Positions 17,792 to 27,502 of a DNA stretch of 64,000 nt are shown one piece after another. The DNA is from Candidatus Kaiserbacteria bacterium (GTDB taxonomy: Bacteria; Patescibacteriota; Minisyncoccia; Phycocordibacterales; UBA2100). The notes beneath the pieces are model-generated. The model saw only the letters and a list, made by a program, of their open reading frames with translations, searched no databases and was not told the origin of the DNA. Made by a program: the position numbers and the translations under genes. Each line of letters begins with the position of its first letter. Position 1 is the first letter of the stretch. Where the stretch lies: contig CAVYCR010000005.1 of the NCBI GenBank assembly GCA_963767115.1, positions 25,582-89,581 on the forward strand. The letters run 5' to 3'.

Positions 17792-20746
17792 CTAATTTGA
17801 AACCCCGAGGTAACGCAGAACCTGCTGGAGAATATTCGCCATTTGATCAAGTGTTTGTCCTGCTTCTGCCGCACTCGCGGTCTGTGAAGAGGTCGAAGCA
17901 ACAGTAGCAGAAGATGTAGAGGCAGTGTTGGAATAGGCACGGATATATGCGATCTGCATGTCGTTGATGGGCGGTGTCGCATTGGTCGGCCAACCGGAGC
18001 CGATGCCGAGGTCAGCCAGCATGTAGTACGGCTGATGCATGACGGAAGGCGTCGGTGTCTGGAACGTGAGCACCCCGTCGTAGTAGAAGCTCATCGTCTG
18101 CGGCGTCCACAACATGCCATAGGTGTGGTAATTACCGTCCGACGGGACAGGCTCGACAGAGACGCTGCCGCGTGCTGCCGTAGTGCCGGCAGTCCAGTCA
18201 TGCAAGGTCGTGCTGAAATGGTTGATGAATGAAGGGTTCGCAATGTACTCCATGATGTCGATCTCCCCATGAGAAGTCTTAACACCAGTCTTGCTCGCCT
18301 CGTCGAGCATCCAGAAGGCGGGCCACGTGTCGATACCGGAAGGCAGTTTCGCTTTCATTTCAAAATATCCATACTCCTGCGAGAATCCTTTGCCGGTATT
18401 GTCGACTGAGGTCATTACTCCTGAGGTCCATCGTTTGTTCACCTCTTGCAGGCGGATATCGAGACCGCCGCCCGGAATGAGCGAATAAGGATCCTGCGGG
18501 TCGCTCAAGCCGACCATCGCGGTTGCCGCGCCGTCGGTCGTCGACATGCAGCACGCTTCGTTGTGCGTGTACCAATTGGATCCGTCGTACACGCGAGAGT
18601 CAGAGATGCTGAGCTTTTGGAACTCATCGTCGAAGGTAAGGTGGTAGCCGGCGAGGCTTGGCCCGGTAGAAGTAGCAAAACCGAGCGATGCAGACGGCGT
18701 GCCGGAGGCACTCACGTCGAGTACGCCCACATAGTATCGATACGCTTGGTCATGAACGACGCCAGGACCGGCAGTAAGCGCCAGTATTCCCTTCGAGCCA
18801 GTCAGTGTCGCCATCACATAGTAGGTCCCGTCGGCAAGTGCAGGCACAGTCATCAGGTTTTGGACAGAAATCGGCCCAGACCACTGCGTCGAGGGCAGGA
18901 CAACAGCGCCGTTATTGAAACTATTCGCCACATGAGCGACAGTGGCGCCGCTTGCGTTCACGAGATAGAGGTCGAGACGACTGGTCTCGGTCAGCGATTG
19001 CGTAGCAGAGAAATTGGTCTGGAAGTTGACTATAGAACCAGGAGCTGCCGTCTGCACTTGCTGCGAAAGAGGGTTGATCGTTACGATACTGCTGTCATCT
19101 GCCCCCGGAGTGACCGACGCGATCGTCCACTGCGGAAGCGCGGGCATCGTAGAGGGCGTGCTTGAACTAACAACAACCGGAGGAGTAGGAAGTGGTTGGG
19201 TCGTCGTACTCACACTATTGGAAGCGGCAGAAATATTGCCAGCAGCATCAAACGCCTTCACGGTATATGAGTAGCTCGTCGAAGGCGCAAGACCCGTATC
19301 GCTGTATGACGTAGTGCTTGCAACGCCGATTTGAGTGCCACCGCGATATATAGCGTATCCGCTCACCCCGACATTGTCTGTGGAGTTCGCCCATGAAAGG
19401 TTTATCTGTGAGATTGATACGACGTTCGCCGAAAGATTTGCCGGAACTGATGGTGGAGTCGTATCAGGCGGTATGGTAGTCGTGACTGAGACTGAAGAGC
19501 TCGCCGATCCGCCGAGACCACTGCACATGAGCGAATAGATACTTGAAGACAACACTCCCGTCATCAACTGCGACCCCGCAAGTGCTTTCGAGCCCGCCCA
19601 GCCACCTGAGGCGGCGCACACAGAAGTATTGATCGAAGACCAGATAAGACTGAAGGAGCCACCTGAGAATATTGTCGAGGTGCTTGCGACGAGCGATACG
19701 GCAGGCACAGGTGCCGGAGCAGCAGCGATAGAAACGGATTGCGTCGATGACCCCCCTGCACCACTACACGTGAGCGTATAAGTGGAAGATGTAGTGATGT
19801 TAGAGATCAATTGCGATCCACTAATAGGTTCCGTTCCATTCCAACCGAGAGATGCAGAACATGAGGTAGCACCGGTCGAAGACCATGTGAGCGTAGTCGA
19901 GCCACCGTACGGTACGGTAGAAGAGCTTGCTGAGAAAGAAATTGTCGGAGCTACCGGCGTAGGTGGCTGAGTTGGTGAGGACGAAGAAGCCGAGGACCCC
20001 GAAGATGTTGATGATGAGGATGTCGAAGAAGAAGTTGATCCTGCGAGCGGAAGGACAGCGAGGTTGAGTGATTTTGAAACTGTTCCGGTAGGTCCCGTGC
20101 AGGTCAGCATGTAAACCTTGTCGGTAGTCTCTCGAGGGATGAAGTCCGATCCCGCAAGAGGGACAGCACCACTCCAGCCGTCATCAGCCTTGCAATATGT
20201 CGCATATTTGGAGCCCCAAGTGAGCGTCGTCGAACCACCGAACGAGACCGGCGAAGGACTGGCGATGATGGTCACGAGCGGCGTAGGCAAGGACGACGGC
20301 AAGATAGTCACAGGCAGGGTCTTGACCGTAGTGCCGCCCGGCCCCGTGCAGGTCAGCACATAATCCTTGTTGGTCGTCTCTCGAGGGATGAAGTCCGATC
20401 CCGAAAGCGCTAGTGTGCCGCTCCACCCGTCACCGCCAGCGCACGAGCTGGCGTTTTGAGAGCTCCAAGTGAGCGTGGTCGAGCTACCGAAAGATACAAC
20501 CGCGGGACTGGCTGAGATCGACACGATCGGCGCCGTACTACTAGAGATGGCGCCTGTGGCTGCGGCAGCAGAAGCTGTGAGCACTGTGATCTGGGCTTCG
20601 ATAGAAGAAAGTTGCGCTTCGAGGTCGGCAAGCGTATCGGCCCCCGCAACTATAGGGGCTGCCACAGCCATTGGAACAAGAATGAGGACTGCCACCCCGA
20701 AAACACTAACCAGTCTTCGATTCATCACGGCCTCATAATAGCTCAC
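17792..20746 (-). CDS. secreted multidomain glycoside hydrolase family 16 protein
   Basis: 984 aa with a signal/TM region and four Ig-like repeats of about 95 aa (...STTLTW.S...SC.A..GW.G....SGS......T..YTLTC.G.GG). These are followed by an FN3 domain (PANLSANVVSISQINLSW...YTVKAFDAAGN) and a C-terminal GH16 core with the catalytic motif HGEIDIMEY. Confidence 0.85.
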   Translation of the reverse strand: MSYYEAVMNRRLVSVFGVAVLILVPMAVAAPIVAGADTLADLEAQLSSIEAQITVLTASAAAATGAISSSTAPIVSISASPAVVSFGSSTTLTWSSQNASSCAGGDGWSGTLALSGSDFIPRETTNKDYVLTCTGPGGTTVKTLPVTILPSSLPTPLVTIIASPSPVSFGGSTTLTWGSKYATYCKADDGWSGAVPLAGSDFIPRETTDKVYMLTCTGPTGTVSKSLNLAVLPLAGSTSSSTSSSSTSSGSSASSSSPTQPPTPVAPTISFSASSSTVPYGGSTTLTWSSTGATSCSASLGWNGTEPISGSQLISNITTSSTYTLTCSGAGGSSTQSVSIAAAPAPVPAVSLVASTSTIFSGGSFSLIWSSINTSVCAASGGWAGSKALAGSQLMTGVLSSSIYSLMCSGLGGSASSSVSVTTTIPPDTTPPSVPANLSANVVSISQINLSWANSTDNVGVSGYAIYRGGTQIGVASTTSYSDTGLAPSTSYSYTVKAFDAAGNISAASNSVSTTTQPLPTPPVVVSSSTPSTMPALPQWTIASVTPGADDSSIVTINPLSQQVQTAAPGSIVNFQTNFSATQSLTETSRLDLYLVNASGATVAHVANSFNNGAVVLPSTQWSGPISVQNLMTVPALADGTYYVMATLTGSKGILALTAGPGVVHDQAYRYYVGVLDVSASGTPSASLGFATSTGPSLAGYHLTFDDEFQKLSISDSRVYDGSNWYTHNEACCMSTTDGAATAMVGLSDPQDPYSLIPGGGLDIRLQEVNKRWTSGVMTSVDNTGKGFSQEYGYFEMKAKLPSGIDTWPAFWMLDEASKTGVKTSHGEIDIMEYIANPSFINHFSTTLHDWTAGTTAARGSVSVEPVPSDGNYHTYGMLWTPQTMSFYYDGVLTFQTPTPSVMHQPYYMLADLGIGSGWPTNATPPINDMQIAYIRAYSNTASTSSATVASTSSQTASAAEAGQTLDQMANILQQVLRYLGVSN

Positions 20747-20882
20747 GAGAGACTCGGTAGAGCGGCATATTCATGAGGTAAGTGTGGATAACTATCGATA
20801 CGGAGCCTCTTTTTTGCAGGGCAAGGAATTTCACCGAAACTTCATCTGGTATTCATGACTTGAGGGGTATACTGATGGGATT

Positions 20883-21908
20883 GTGAATAAACCTCGTATT
20901 GAGGGTCTTAGCTCAGAACTTACAGATGCAATTGTGGGTACTTTGCGAGAGCCGATAGTGATACTCGATCGTAATTTGCAGGTGGTCGTGGGCAATCGCG
21001 CCTTCTATGACAAATTCGAGGTCGATTATGCCAAGATCCGCGGGAAGAAGTTCTCACAACTGGGTAATGGCGAATGGAATATCCCAGCCCTCACGACACT
21101 CTTGGCACAGGTCATTCCCGAGAAGACAAAGGTCGAAGGGTACGAGGTCATACACACCTTCGAGCGCCTCGGCCTGCGCGTCATGATCCTCAATGCGCGC
21201 TCACTGAAGCTCAACGATACGCATCACGACATCTTCGTCTCGATCACTGACATCACAGAGGAGCGCAAGATCCTGCGCGACAAGGAAAACCTGATGCTTC
21301 AGAAGGACACCCTCCTCAAGGAGATGCGTCACCGGATCGCAAACAGCCTGCAGCTCATCGCGAGCATCATCCTTCTCAAGGCCGGCAGCGTAAAATCCGC
21401 TGAGAGCAAAGCCCACCTCGAAGACGCGCACGACCGCATACTCTCGATCGCGACAGTACAGCGCAACCTCGACCCGACGAGCGAGGGCTCCCAGGTACCC
21501 GTGCTTGAATACCTCCGCACGCTCTGTGAGAGCATTGCCAAATCGATGATCGGCGGGCGCAAGCCTATCACGCTCAAGGTGACGGGCGGCAGCGGCACCG
21601 TCACGCCGGACGAAGCGATCGGCCTCGGACTCATCACGACAGAGCTCGTGATCAATTCCCTCAAGCATGCCTTCCCTAAAGGCGAGGGCCAGATCACGGT
21701 CACCCATGAGTCGAAGAAAGCGGGTTGGAGGCTGCGGGTCGGTGACGATGGTGTCGGCCTCTCAGCAACTCACATGGAAAGCCGCGAGGGGCTCGGCACC
21801 AGCATCGTTGAGTCATTGGCTGGTCAGTTGAATGCAAGTGTTGAGAGAGAAAGTACCTCGCGAGGCACCGTGGTCTCGATCTCGCATCCGCGCAATGCCG
21901 CGAAGTAG
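20883..21908 (+). CDS. PAS-domain sensor histidine kinase (HisKA_2/HWE type), orphan
   Basis: GTG start. It has a PAS-like N-terminus, the H-box EMRHRIANSLQLI and an HATPase_c region (ELVINSLKHAF...DDGVGL). Confidence 0.85.
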   Translation: MNKPRIEGLSSELTDAIVGTLREPIVILDRNLQVVVGNRAFYDKFEVDYAKIRGKKFSQLGNGEWNIPALTTLLAQVIPEKTKVEGYEVIHTFERLGLRVMILNARSLKLNDTHHDIFVSITDITEERKILRDKENLMLQKDTLLKEMRHRIANSLQLIASIILLKAGSVKSAESKAHLEDAHDRILSIATVQRNLDPTSEGSQVPVLEYLRTLCESIAKSMIGGRKPITLKVTGGSGTVTPDEAIGLGLITTELVINSLKHAFPKGEGQITVTHESKKAGWRLRVGDDGVGLSATHMESREGLGTSIVESLAGQLNASVERESTSRGTVVSISHPRNAAK

Positions 21909-21990
21909 TGCGCGGTGCACGCCTATAAGCACACTAGGTCTTGCCTAGTGTGTAGGGCGCCGATTCGGGGCTTTGTGCTAGCATGGCCCT

Positions 21991-22953
<963 letters not shown>

Positions 22954-22989
22954 AAGATTGGGAGGATGTAGGACTTTTATAAATAATGC

Positions 22990-23021
22990 GGCCGCGTGAC
23001 GATTGTCACGCGGCCTTTTTT
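22990..23021 (+). terminator. Rho-independent terminator after obg
   Basis: GGCCGCGTGAC-GATT-GTCACGCGGCC followed by TTTTTT. Confidence 0.75.
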
Positions 23022-23294
23022 CTAATCGCGCTCTTCGCGCACATGTCGACGCCAAGCACGGGAGTCCCGACAGTGGCCCTCGTCGCGGTGCTCCCGCTCA
23101 AGAGGATTTGTGTGCCTCAAGGGGGTGGGCCTTCGACTATCCGTCGGGCGGCCTTCTCCAAGACTGCCTGCTCGCGTGGATATCGCTAGCCAACTGCGCT
23201 CTCATCGCTTACTCCCTTCTGTTTGACTTGCATCAAAATATAACACGATCGACGTATTGTCGAGCTGCATGAGATGAAGAGGTTCGGAGATATT

Positions 23295-23915
23295 TTATTG
23301 CGCGCTGACCTTTCGATACGCGGGGCGTGCAGTGATGAGCGCGCGGTACTTAGTCATGTTGGGGAACGTCGAGAAATCGATCTTGAGGAAATCCGCAATG
23401 ACGAAGAAATAGATGAGCATGATGTCGGCTGCCGAGAATTCTTGACCGCCGATATACGGGCGGCTGCCGAGCTCACTCTCGATGTACGCAAGCAGCTTAT
23501 CGCGGCTGCCGAGCGCAGCTTTCATCGCAGGCGAATCATCACCGACGCCGGCACTCTTGAGCGTAGTCGGCAACATCAGCGCGGGCATCAGGTCGCCTTC
23601 GGTCGCGTACATCCATTCGAGATAGCGCGGATAATCTTGCGAACTCACTGCAGGGACAAGCTTATCTTTACCGTATTTCTCGAGCAGGTACTGCATGATC
23701 GCACCGGATTCGAAGAGTTTGATGTCGCCGTCTTCGACGACCGGAGCTTTGCCGAGTATGTGCACTTCTTGCTTGTAATCGTCTTTGGACGAGAAGTTCG
23801 CATTGCGATCGTATTCTTTGGTCTCGTAAGGAACGCCCATTTCTTCCAAGAGCCATTCGATGCGTATAGCGCGCGAGAAAGGAAGCTTGTAGATTTTGAT
23901 CATAGTCGGTATCAC
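23295..23915 (-). CDS. glutathione S-transferase family protein
   Basis: 206 aa with an N-terminal thioredoxin-like fold (KAPVVEDGDIKLFESGAIMQYL) and a helical C-terminal domain. The true start is possibly MIKIYKL. Confidence 0.8.
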   Translation of the reverse strand: MIPTMIKIYKLPFSRAIRIEWLLEEMGVPYETKEYDRNANFSSKDDYKQEVHILGKAPVVEDGDIKLFESGAIMQYLLEKYGKDKLVPAVSSQDYPRYLEWMYATEGDLMPALMLPTTLKSAGVGDDSPAMKAALGSRDKLLAYIESELGSRPYIGGQEFSAADIMLIYFFVIADFLKIDFSTFPNMTKYRALITARPAYRKVSAQ

Positions 23916-24034
23916 GATGAAGTATGCGGGTTACTGCAGAAGTATCGCATAACAAAATGTTTTTTGCATGAGCACTGGCCGACGAAGTCAGTGCGTACAC
24001 GGCCAAAACCTCCAAAAAATGCTAGGCTGCACAT

Positions 24035-25153
24035 ATGCGTAGTCCCACGCGGATCATATTCATGCTTGCCATCGTCCTCGCCATTGCGGGCATTACGAAT
24101 GCCGTAGTGTACGAGGCGCTCGCGCTCACACTTCATCTCTACGCGCCGAGCGCGCTTATGGCACTTGGTGCCGTACTCGCCGCGCTTTCAATCGGTTTTA
24201 TCGGCGCGACAATTCTGGGGTCATACTTCTATACCCTCGCGACGCGGGTGATCTACACCGTCTTGGCCTGCTGGGTAGGCAGTCTCGCGTACTTGTTTTT
24301 TGCTTCAACGGCACTCGGCGTTGTCACTGGTATCGCGTCGCTGGGTCAGTTGCAAGTACCTACCCGACCTTTGGGAGCGATATTTTTTGCGGTCGCGATC
24401 CTCATAAGCATCTACGGCATCATCAACGCGCGACACATCGTGGTGACGCGCTACACTGTAGCGCTGCCCCAGCTACCCGCGGTGTGGCGAGGCAAGAAGG
24501 CAGTCTGGATCAGCGACCTGCACCTGGGGCAGCTCCACGGGCCGGCTTTTGCCGCTCGCGTGGCAAGAGTCGTACAAGCCCTTGCGCCGGAGATCATCTT
24601 TGTCGGCGGGGATCTCTACGACGGTACGCACGCGCCCGACCCGAGCTATCTGGGCCGGCCGCTCGCCTCGCTCCAGGCGCCGTGGGGTGTGTTTTATATT
24701 ACTGGCAACCACGAAGAGTTCGGCGAGAGCGATGCCTTTCTCTCTGCAGTACGCTCCTTCGGCATGCGCATACTCGCCGATGAGGTGGTCGATATCGAAG
24801 GGCTGCAGCTCGTCGGCGTCGATTATCACAACGCTAACACTGTAGAGGGATTTACAGGTATTTTGAATACTCTCAAGCTCGACCCCGAGCGTCCCTCGAT
24901 ACTCCTCAAGCACGAGCCCAACAATGTGCATGTGGCTGAAGAAGCGGGAATCTCGCTCCAGATATCGGGCCACACGCACGCAGGGCAGCAGTGGCCCTTC
25001 GGGTACCTTGCCTCTCTGAGTTACAAAGGTTTTGTCTATGGTCTCAAAGGCCGCGGCGCGCTCAGGGTACTCGTCTCAAGCGGTGTCGGCTCGTGGGGTC
25101 CGCCGCTTCGCGTGGGCACCCGATCAGAAGTAGTAGAAATCACGTTTGTGTAA
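24035..25153 (+). CDS. membrane-anchored metallophosphoesterase
   Basis: About four N-terminal TM helices. Motifs ISDLHLG, GGDLYDG, GNHE and GHTHAGQ are present. Confidence 0.85.
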   Translation: MRSPTRIIFMLAIVLAIAGITNAVVYEALALTLHLYAPSALMALGAVLAALSIGFIGATILGSYFYTLATRVIYTVLACWVGSLAYLFFASTALGVVTGIASLGQLQVPTRPLGAIFFAVAILISIYGIINARHIVVTRYTVALPQLPAVWRGKKAVWISDLHLGQLHGPAFAARVARVVQALAPEIIFVGGDLYDGTHAPDPSYLGRPLASLQAPWGVFYITGNHEEFGESDAFLSAVRSFGMRILADEVVDIEGLQLVGVDYHNANTVEGFTGILNTLKLDPERPSILLKHEPNNVHVAEEAGISLQISGHTHAGQQWPFGYLASLSYKGFVYGLKGRGALRVLVSSGVGSWGPPLRVGTRSEVVEITFV

Positions 25154-25180
25154 TTGAGAACGTTCTCGCCTTCCTTTTTT

Positions 25181-25276
25181 TTACGAAGAGGGCTTCGAAG
25201 GGTCGCGGAAAACGGCCTCGACGTTGTTGCCGTCGAGGTCGACGATGAAGGCGGCGTAATAGTCCGGCGAAGCGGA
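25181..25276 (-). pseudogene. C-terminal remnant of a second VOC/glyoxalase gene
   Basis: Hand translation gives SASPDYYAAFIVDLDGNNVEAVFRDPSKPSS*, preceded by a stop. It matches the C-terminus of the 8028..8397 protein family, and the rest of the gene is absent. Confidence 0.55.
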
Positions 25277-25296
25277 TCATCCGGTATACTGTCACT

Positions 25297-25860
25297 ATGA
25301 ACACGACCCGACTCGAGGCCTTTAGCGATGGCGTCCTTGCCATCATCATCACTATCACGGTCCTCGGCATCCGCATCCCGGCGGGCCCTGCCTTGACGGG
25401 ACTTCTCCAGGCACTCCCAACGCTCGTGATTTATGCGTGGAGCTTCCAGACGGTCGGCATCTATTGGAACAACCACCACCAGCTCCTCTTGCATACCGAC
25501 ACGGTAAGTTCCTCGATGATGTGGGCCAATCTCAACCTGCTCTTTTGGCTCTCGCTGATCCCCTTCACGACCGAATGGCTCGGTGAGAACCTCGGCGCTA
25601 CGTGGCCGACGGTCGCCTATGCGACGATACTCTTTCTCGCAGCGGTGGCATATACCATTCTCGAATACGTAGTCGCCGCACACCAAAAGCGCGCTTCGAA
25701 GTTTTCGCGCGAGCTCTCCCAGAGCTACAAGGAGTGGATTTCACTCGGCGTCAACGGGACGGCCGTCGCGTGCGGATTTTTCAATCCGTGGCTCTCATAC
25801 TTTTTCATCGTCGCCGTATCCCTCATCTGGCTGCTGCCCGACCGCCGCGGCTTGCGATAA
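25297..25860 (+). CDS. TMEM175/DUF1211 family membrane protein (K+ channel family)
   Basis: The signature RLEAFSDGVLAIIITI lies at the N-terminus. 6 TM, 187 aa. Confidence 0.85.
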   Translation: MNTTRLEAFSDGVLAIIITITVLGIRIPAGPALTGLLQALPTLVIYAWSFQTVGIYWNNHHQLLLHTDTVSSSMMWANLNLLFWLSLIPFTTEWLGENLGATWPTVAYATILFLAAVAYTILEYVVAAHQKRASKFSRELSQSYKEWISLGVNGTAVACGFFNPWLSYFFIVAVSLIWLLPDRRGLR

Positions 25861-26070
25861 GCTTTGTGAAAGAGAGCGCATGTCATCGGGCATCTTTGCC
25901 TGCCATTCTCCCTTCGTGCCATCAGGCAAAGGTACTGAGATCGCCGCTGCGTGAAGCGCTGAGTGCGCGATGAGGGAAGAAGCACGGCCATACAAAGCAT
26001 CGCCAAGCAGCGGATGACCGATCGACGTGAAGTGCACGCGTATCTGATGCGTGCGGCCCGTTGTGCAAGT
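25795..26070 (-). pseudogene. C-terminal fragment of an RluA-family pseudouridine synthase
   Basis: The reading frame gives TGRTHQIRVHFTSIGHPLLGDALYG...HSALHAAAISVPLPDG. The catalytic N-terminal two-thirds are missing. The fragment begins exactly at the repeat element at 26072. Confidence 0.65.
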
Positions 26071-26071
26071 A

Positions 26072-26108
26072 AGAGGTAAGGGTAAGGGGGACAGTCACAC
26101 TTATCTCA
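26072..26108 (+). repeat. repeat family copy 1 (AGAGGTAAGG[GTAAG]GGGGACAGTCACACTTATCTCA)
   Basis: Near-identical direct copy at 26735-26766. Its core AAGGGGGACAGTCACACTTA (26084-26103) is also present inverted at 26161-26180. Confidence 0.8.
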
Positions 26109-26155
26109 TTTATCTTATTGCGAGGAGGAATGCCTACTACCGAATATCCCTTACT

Positions 26156-26332
26156 TTATTTAAGTGTGACTGTCCCCCTTATCATGTCCCCCTTATCATA
26201 GGTAACGGTCTTTTTGCCCGATGCTTTCTTGTACATACGCACCCAAACGCCACTCGAGCCTACATGATTCTTGGTGAGCCACGATCGCCACGCTGCCGCT
26301 GAAGCAAACGCTTGTACCGGATATGAGTTCAT
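26156..26332 (-). pseudogene. N-terminal fragment of a YdeI/OmpD-associated-family protein fused into the repeat
   Basis: The hand-translated 58-aa ORF begins MNSYPVQAFASAAAWRSWLTKNHVGSSGVWVRMYKKASGKKTVTY, which resembles a YdeI N-terminus. It then reads into the repeat (DKGDMIRGTVTLK*). Confidence 0.5.
26161..26180 (-). repeat. repeat family copy 2 (inverted core)
   Basis: TAAGTGTGACTGTCCCCCTT is the exact reverse complement of 26084-26103, with a 57-nt spacer. Confidence 0.8.
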
Positions 26333-26457
26333 ATCTCTTTGAAATCATGACACCCTGTTGAGTCATTCAATGCCAAATTAAGCTGCTGGGAGCTTGGTCT
26401 GACGTTTGAAGAGTTACGTAATCATGCTAGGGTCTTTGTAGACAAGGGGAGGATATC

Positions 26458-26649
26458 ATGAGTACGGATGGTTCATCTACGAAGTCGCAGCGTCAACCGA
26501 TGATAGGTAACATGCTACGTATTGCCGTATATCTTGCGCCGGCCGTATTGGTGTTTGCTTGCATGCAGTCCTATAACGGACCGCAGTGGATCTCGGATGC
26601 GGTCGCGGGAATAGTAATTTCTATTCTCCTGTATATTCCTGATCATTGA
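26458..26649 (+). CDS. small 2-TM membrane protein
   Basis: 63 aa with a good SD (GGGGAGGATATC ATG), two hydrophobic helices and its own terminator. Confidence 0.55.
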   Translation: MSTDGSSTKSQRQPMIGNMLRIAVYLAPAVLVFACMQSYNGPQWISDAVAGIVISILLYIPDH

Positions 26650-26654
26650 ACCAA

Positions 26655-26683
26655 AAGGGTACCGACGTCCTCGGTACCTTTTT
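26655..26683 (+). terminator. Rho-independent terminator
   Basis: GGTACCGA-CGTCC-TCGGTACC followed by TTTTT. Confidence 0.65.
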
Positions 26684-26734
26684 GCTGACTGACCCTTATT
26701 AAACTAGGGGGTGAGGGAGGGGTAAGGGGATAGG

Positions 26735-26766
26735 AGAGGTAAGGGGGGACAGTCACACTTATCTCA
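26735..26766 (+). repeat. repeat family copy 3
   Basis: AGAGGTAAGGGGGGACAGTCACACTTATCTCA, preceded by a G-run-rich tract (26707-26729). Confidence 0.8.
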
Positions 26767-26810
26767 ATGACTGGGAGTCTGAGACGACGTTGGGACCTTT
26801 CTTCAACACA

Positions 26811-27155
26811 TTAAATTTTATTAAGATCATGCCTAATGACATCAGAGGTTGTCATTATACCGATCGCGTTTGATAGCTTCTTGCGACCGAGATCCAGGTC
26901 GTTAAACTCTTCCTCGCTTAAATAACCGTCTTTGTTCCAGCCCCAGGGTTTGTATTCGCCCGTCCTGTCCCATTTATTCATCTTTTCTAGCGTTTTATAG
27001 AGTTGCGTTAAGATAACCTTTGCCTTTTCCCTACCTTCTGTCTCAAGAGTCACGTGCGCATCCTCGAAAGACTTCCTAAGTGCCGCAATGTGTTCCTGGG
27101 TCGGTGCTTCAGAAGCCTCAATAGTCACCCGTGGTTTCTCGAAACTTTCTTTCAT
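26811..27155 (-). CDS. hypothetical protein
   Basis: The start is set at MKESFEKPRV (114 aa). The longer ORF to 27254 runs through a G9 homopolymer (27223-27231). Confidence 0.5.
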   Translation of the reverse strand: MKESFEKPRVTIEASEAPTQEHIAALRKSFEDAHVTLETEGREKAKVILTQLYKTLEKMNKWDRTGEYKPWGWNKDGYLSEEEFNDLDLGRKKLSNAIGIMTTSDVIRHDLNKI

Positions 27156-27502
27156 ATACAAACTATACCAGCATTTTAGCTGACCACGTGAAGAAAATAG
27201 TTTTGACGTACTCAACCCCAAACCCCCCCCCGTGATTTCTGAGATAGGTTGCACTTATCCCGATACCGCAGTAGCCTCCGAACGGGAGCTCTTCCCAGCA
27301 AGAAAGGATAGATGATGCGCTCATGCTTCCATATACTCTATATACCGCTCTCGATACTGACCCTGATGGATCCGGCAAAAGCCGACCATCCAGCAATGGA
27401 GGTCGTGGGCACCGTTACGGTGCACAACACTGCCACCGGTGATGTGTTGGACAAGAGGCCAATACAAGGGTCTAGAACAATACCCTCGATCCAGAGGGCA
27501 CT

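Noticed and set aside
23022-23294. GC-rich gap of about 270 nt between the obg terminator and the GST stop. I examined it for RNase P, tmRNA, SRP or 6S RNA.
   Set aside because: No signature motifs are present (no GGAAAGTCC, no tRNA-like end, no SRP domain IV). It contains a few hairpins and short translated stretches that might be a decayed gene. The evidence is insufficient to call anything.
26072-26766. CRISPR array hypothesis for the repeated 20-37 nt motifs. The same question applies to the repeats at 33.0-33.3 kb and 57.5-57.8 kb.
   Set aside because: There are only two or three copies, one of them inverted. Spacing is irregular (57 nt and about 560 nt), genes lie between copies and no cas genes are present. 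This does not match CRISPR architecture.
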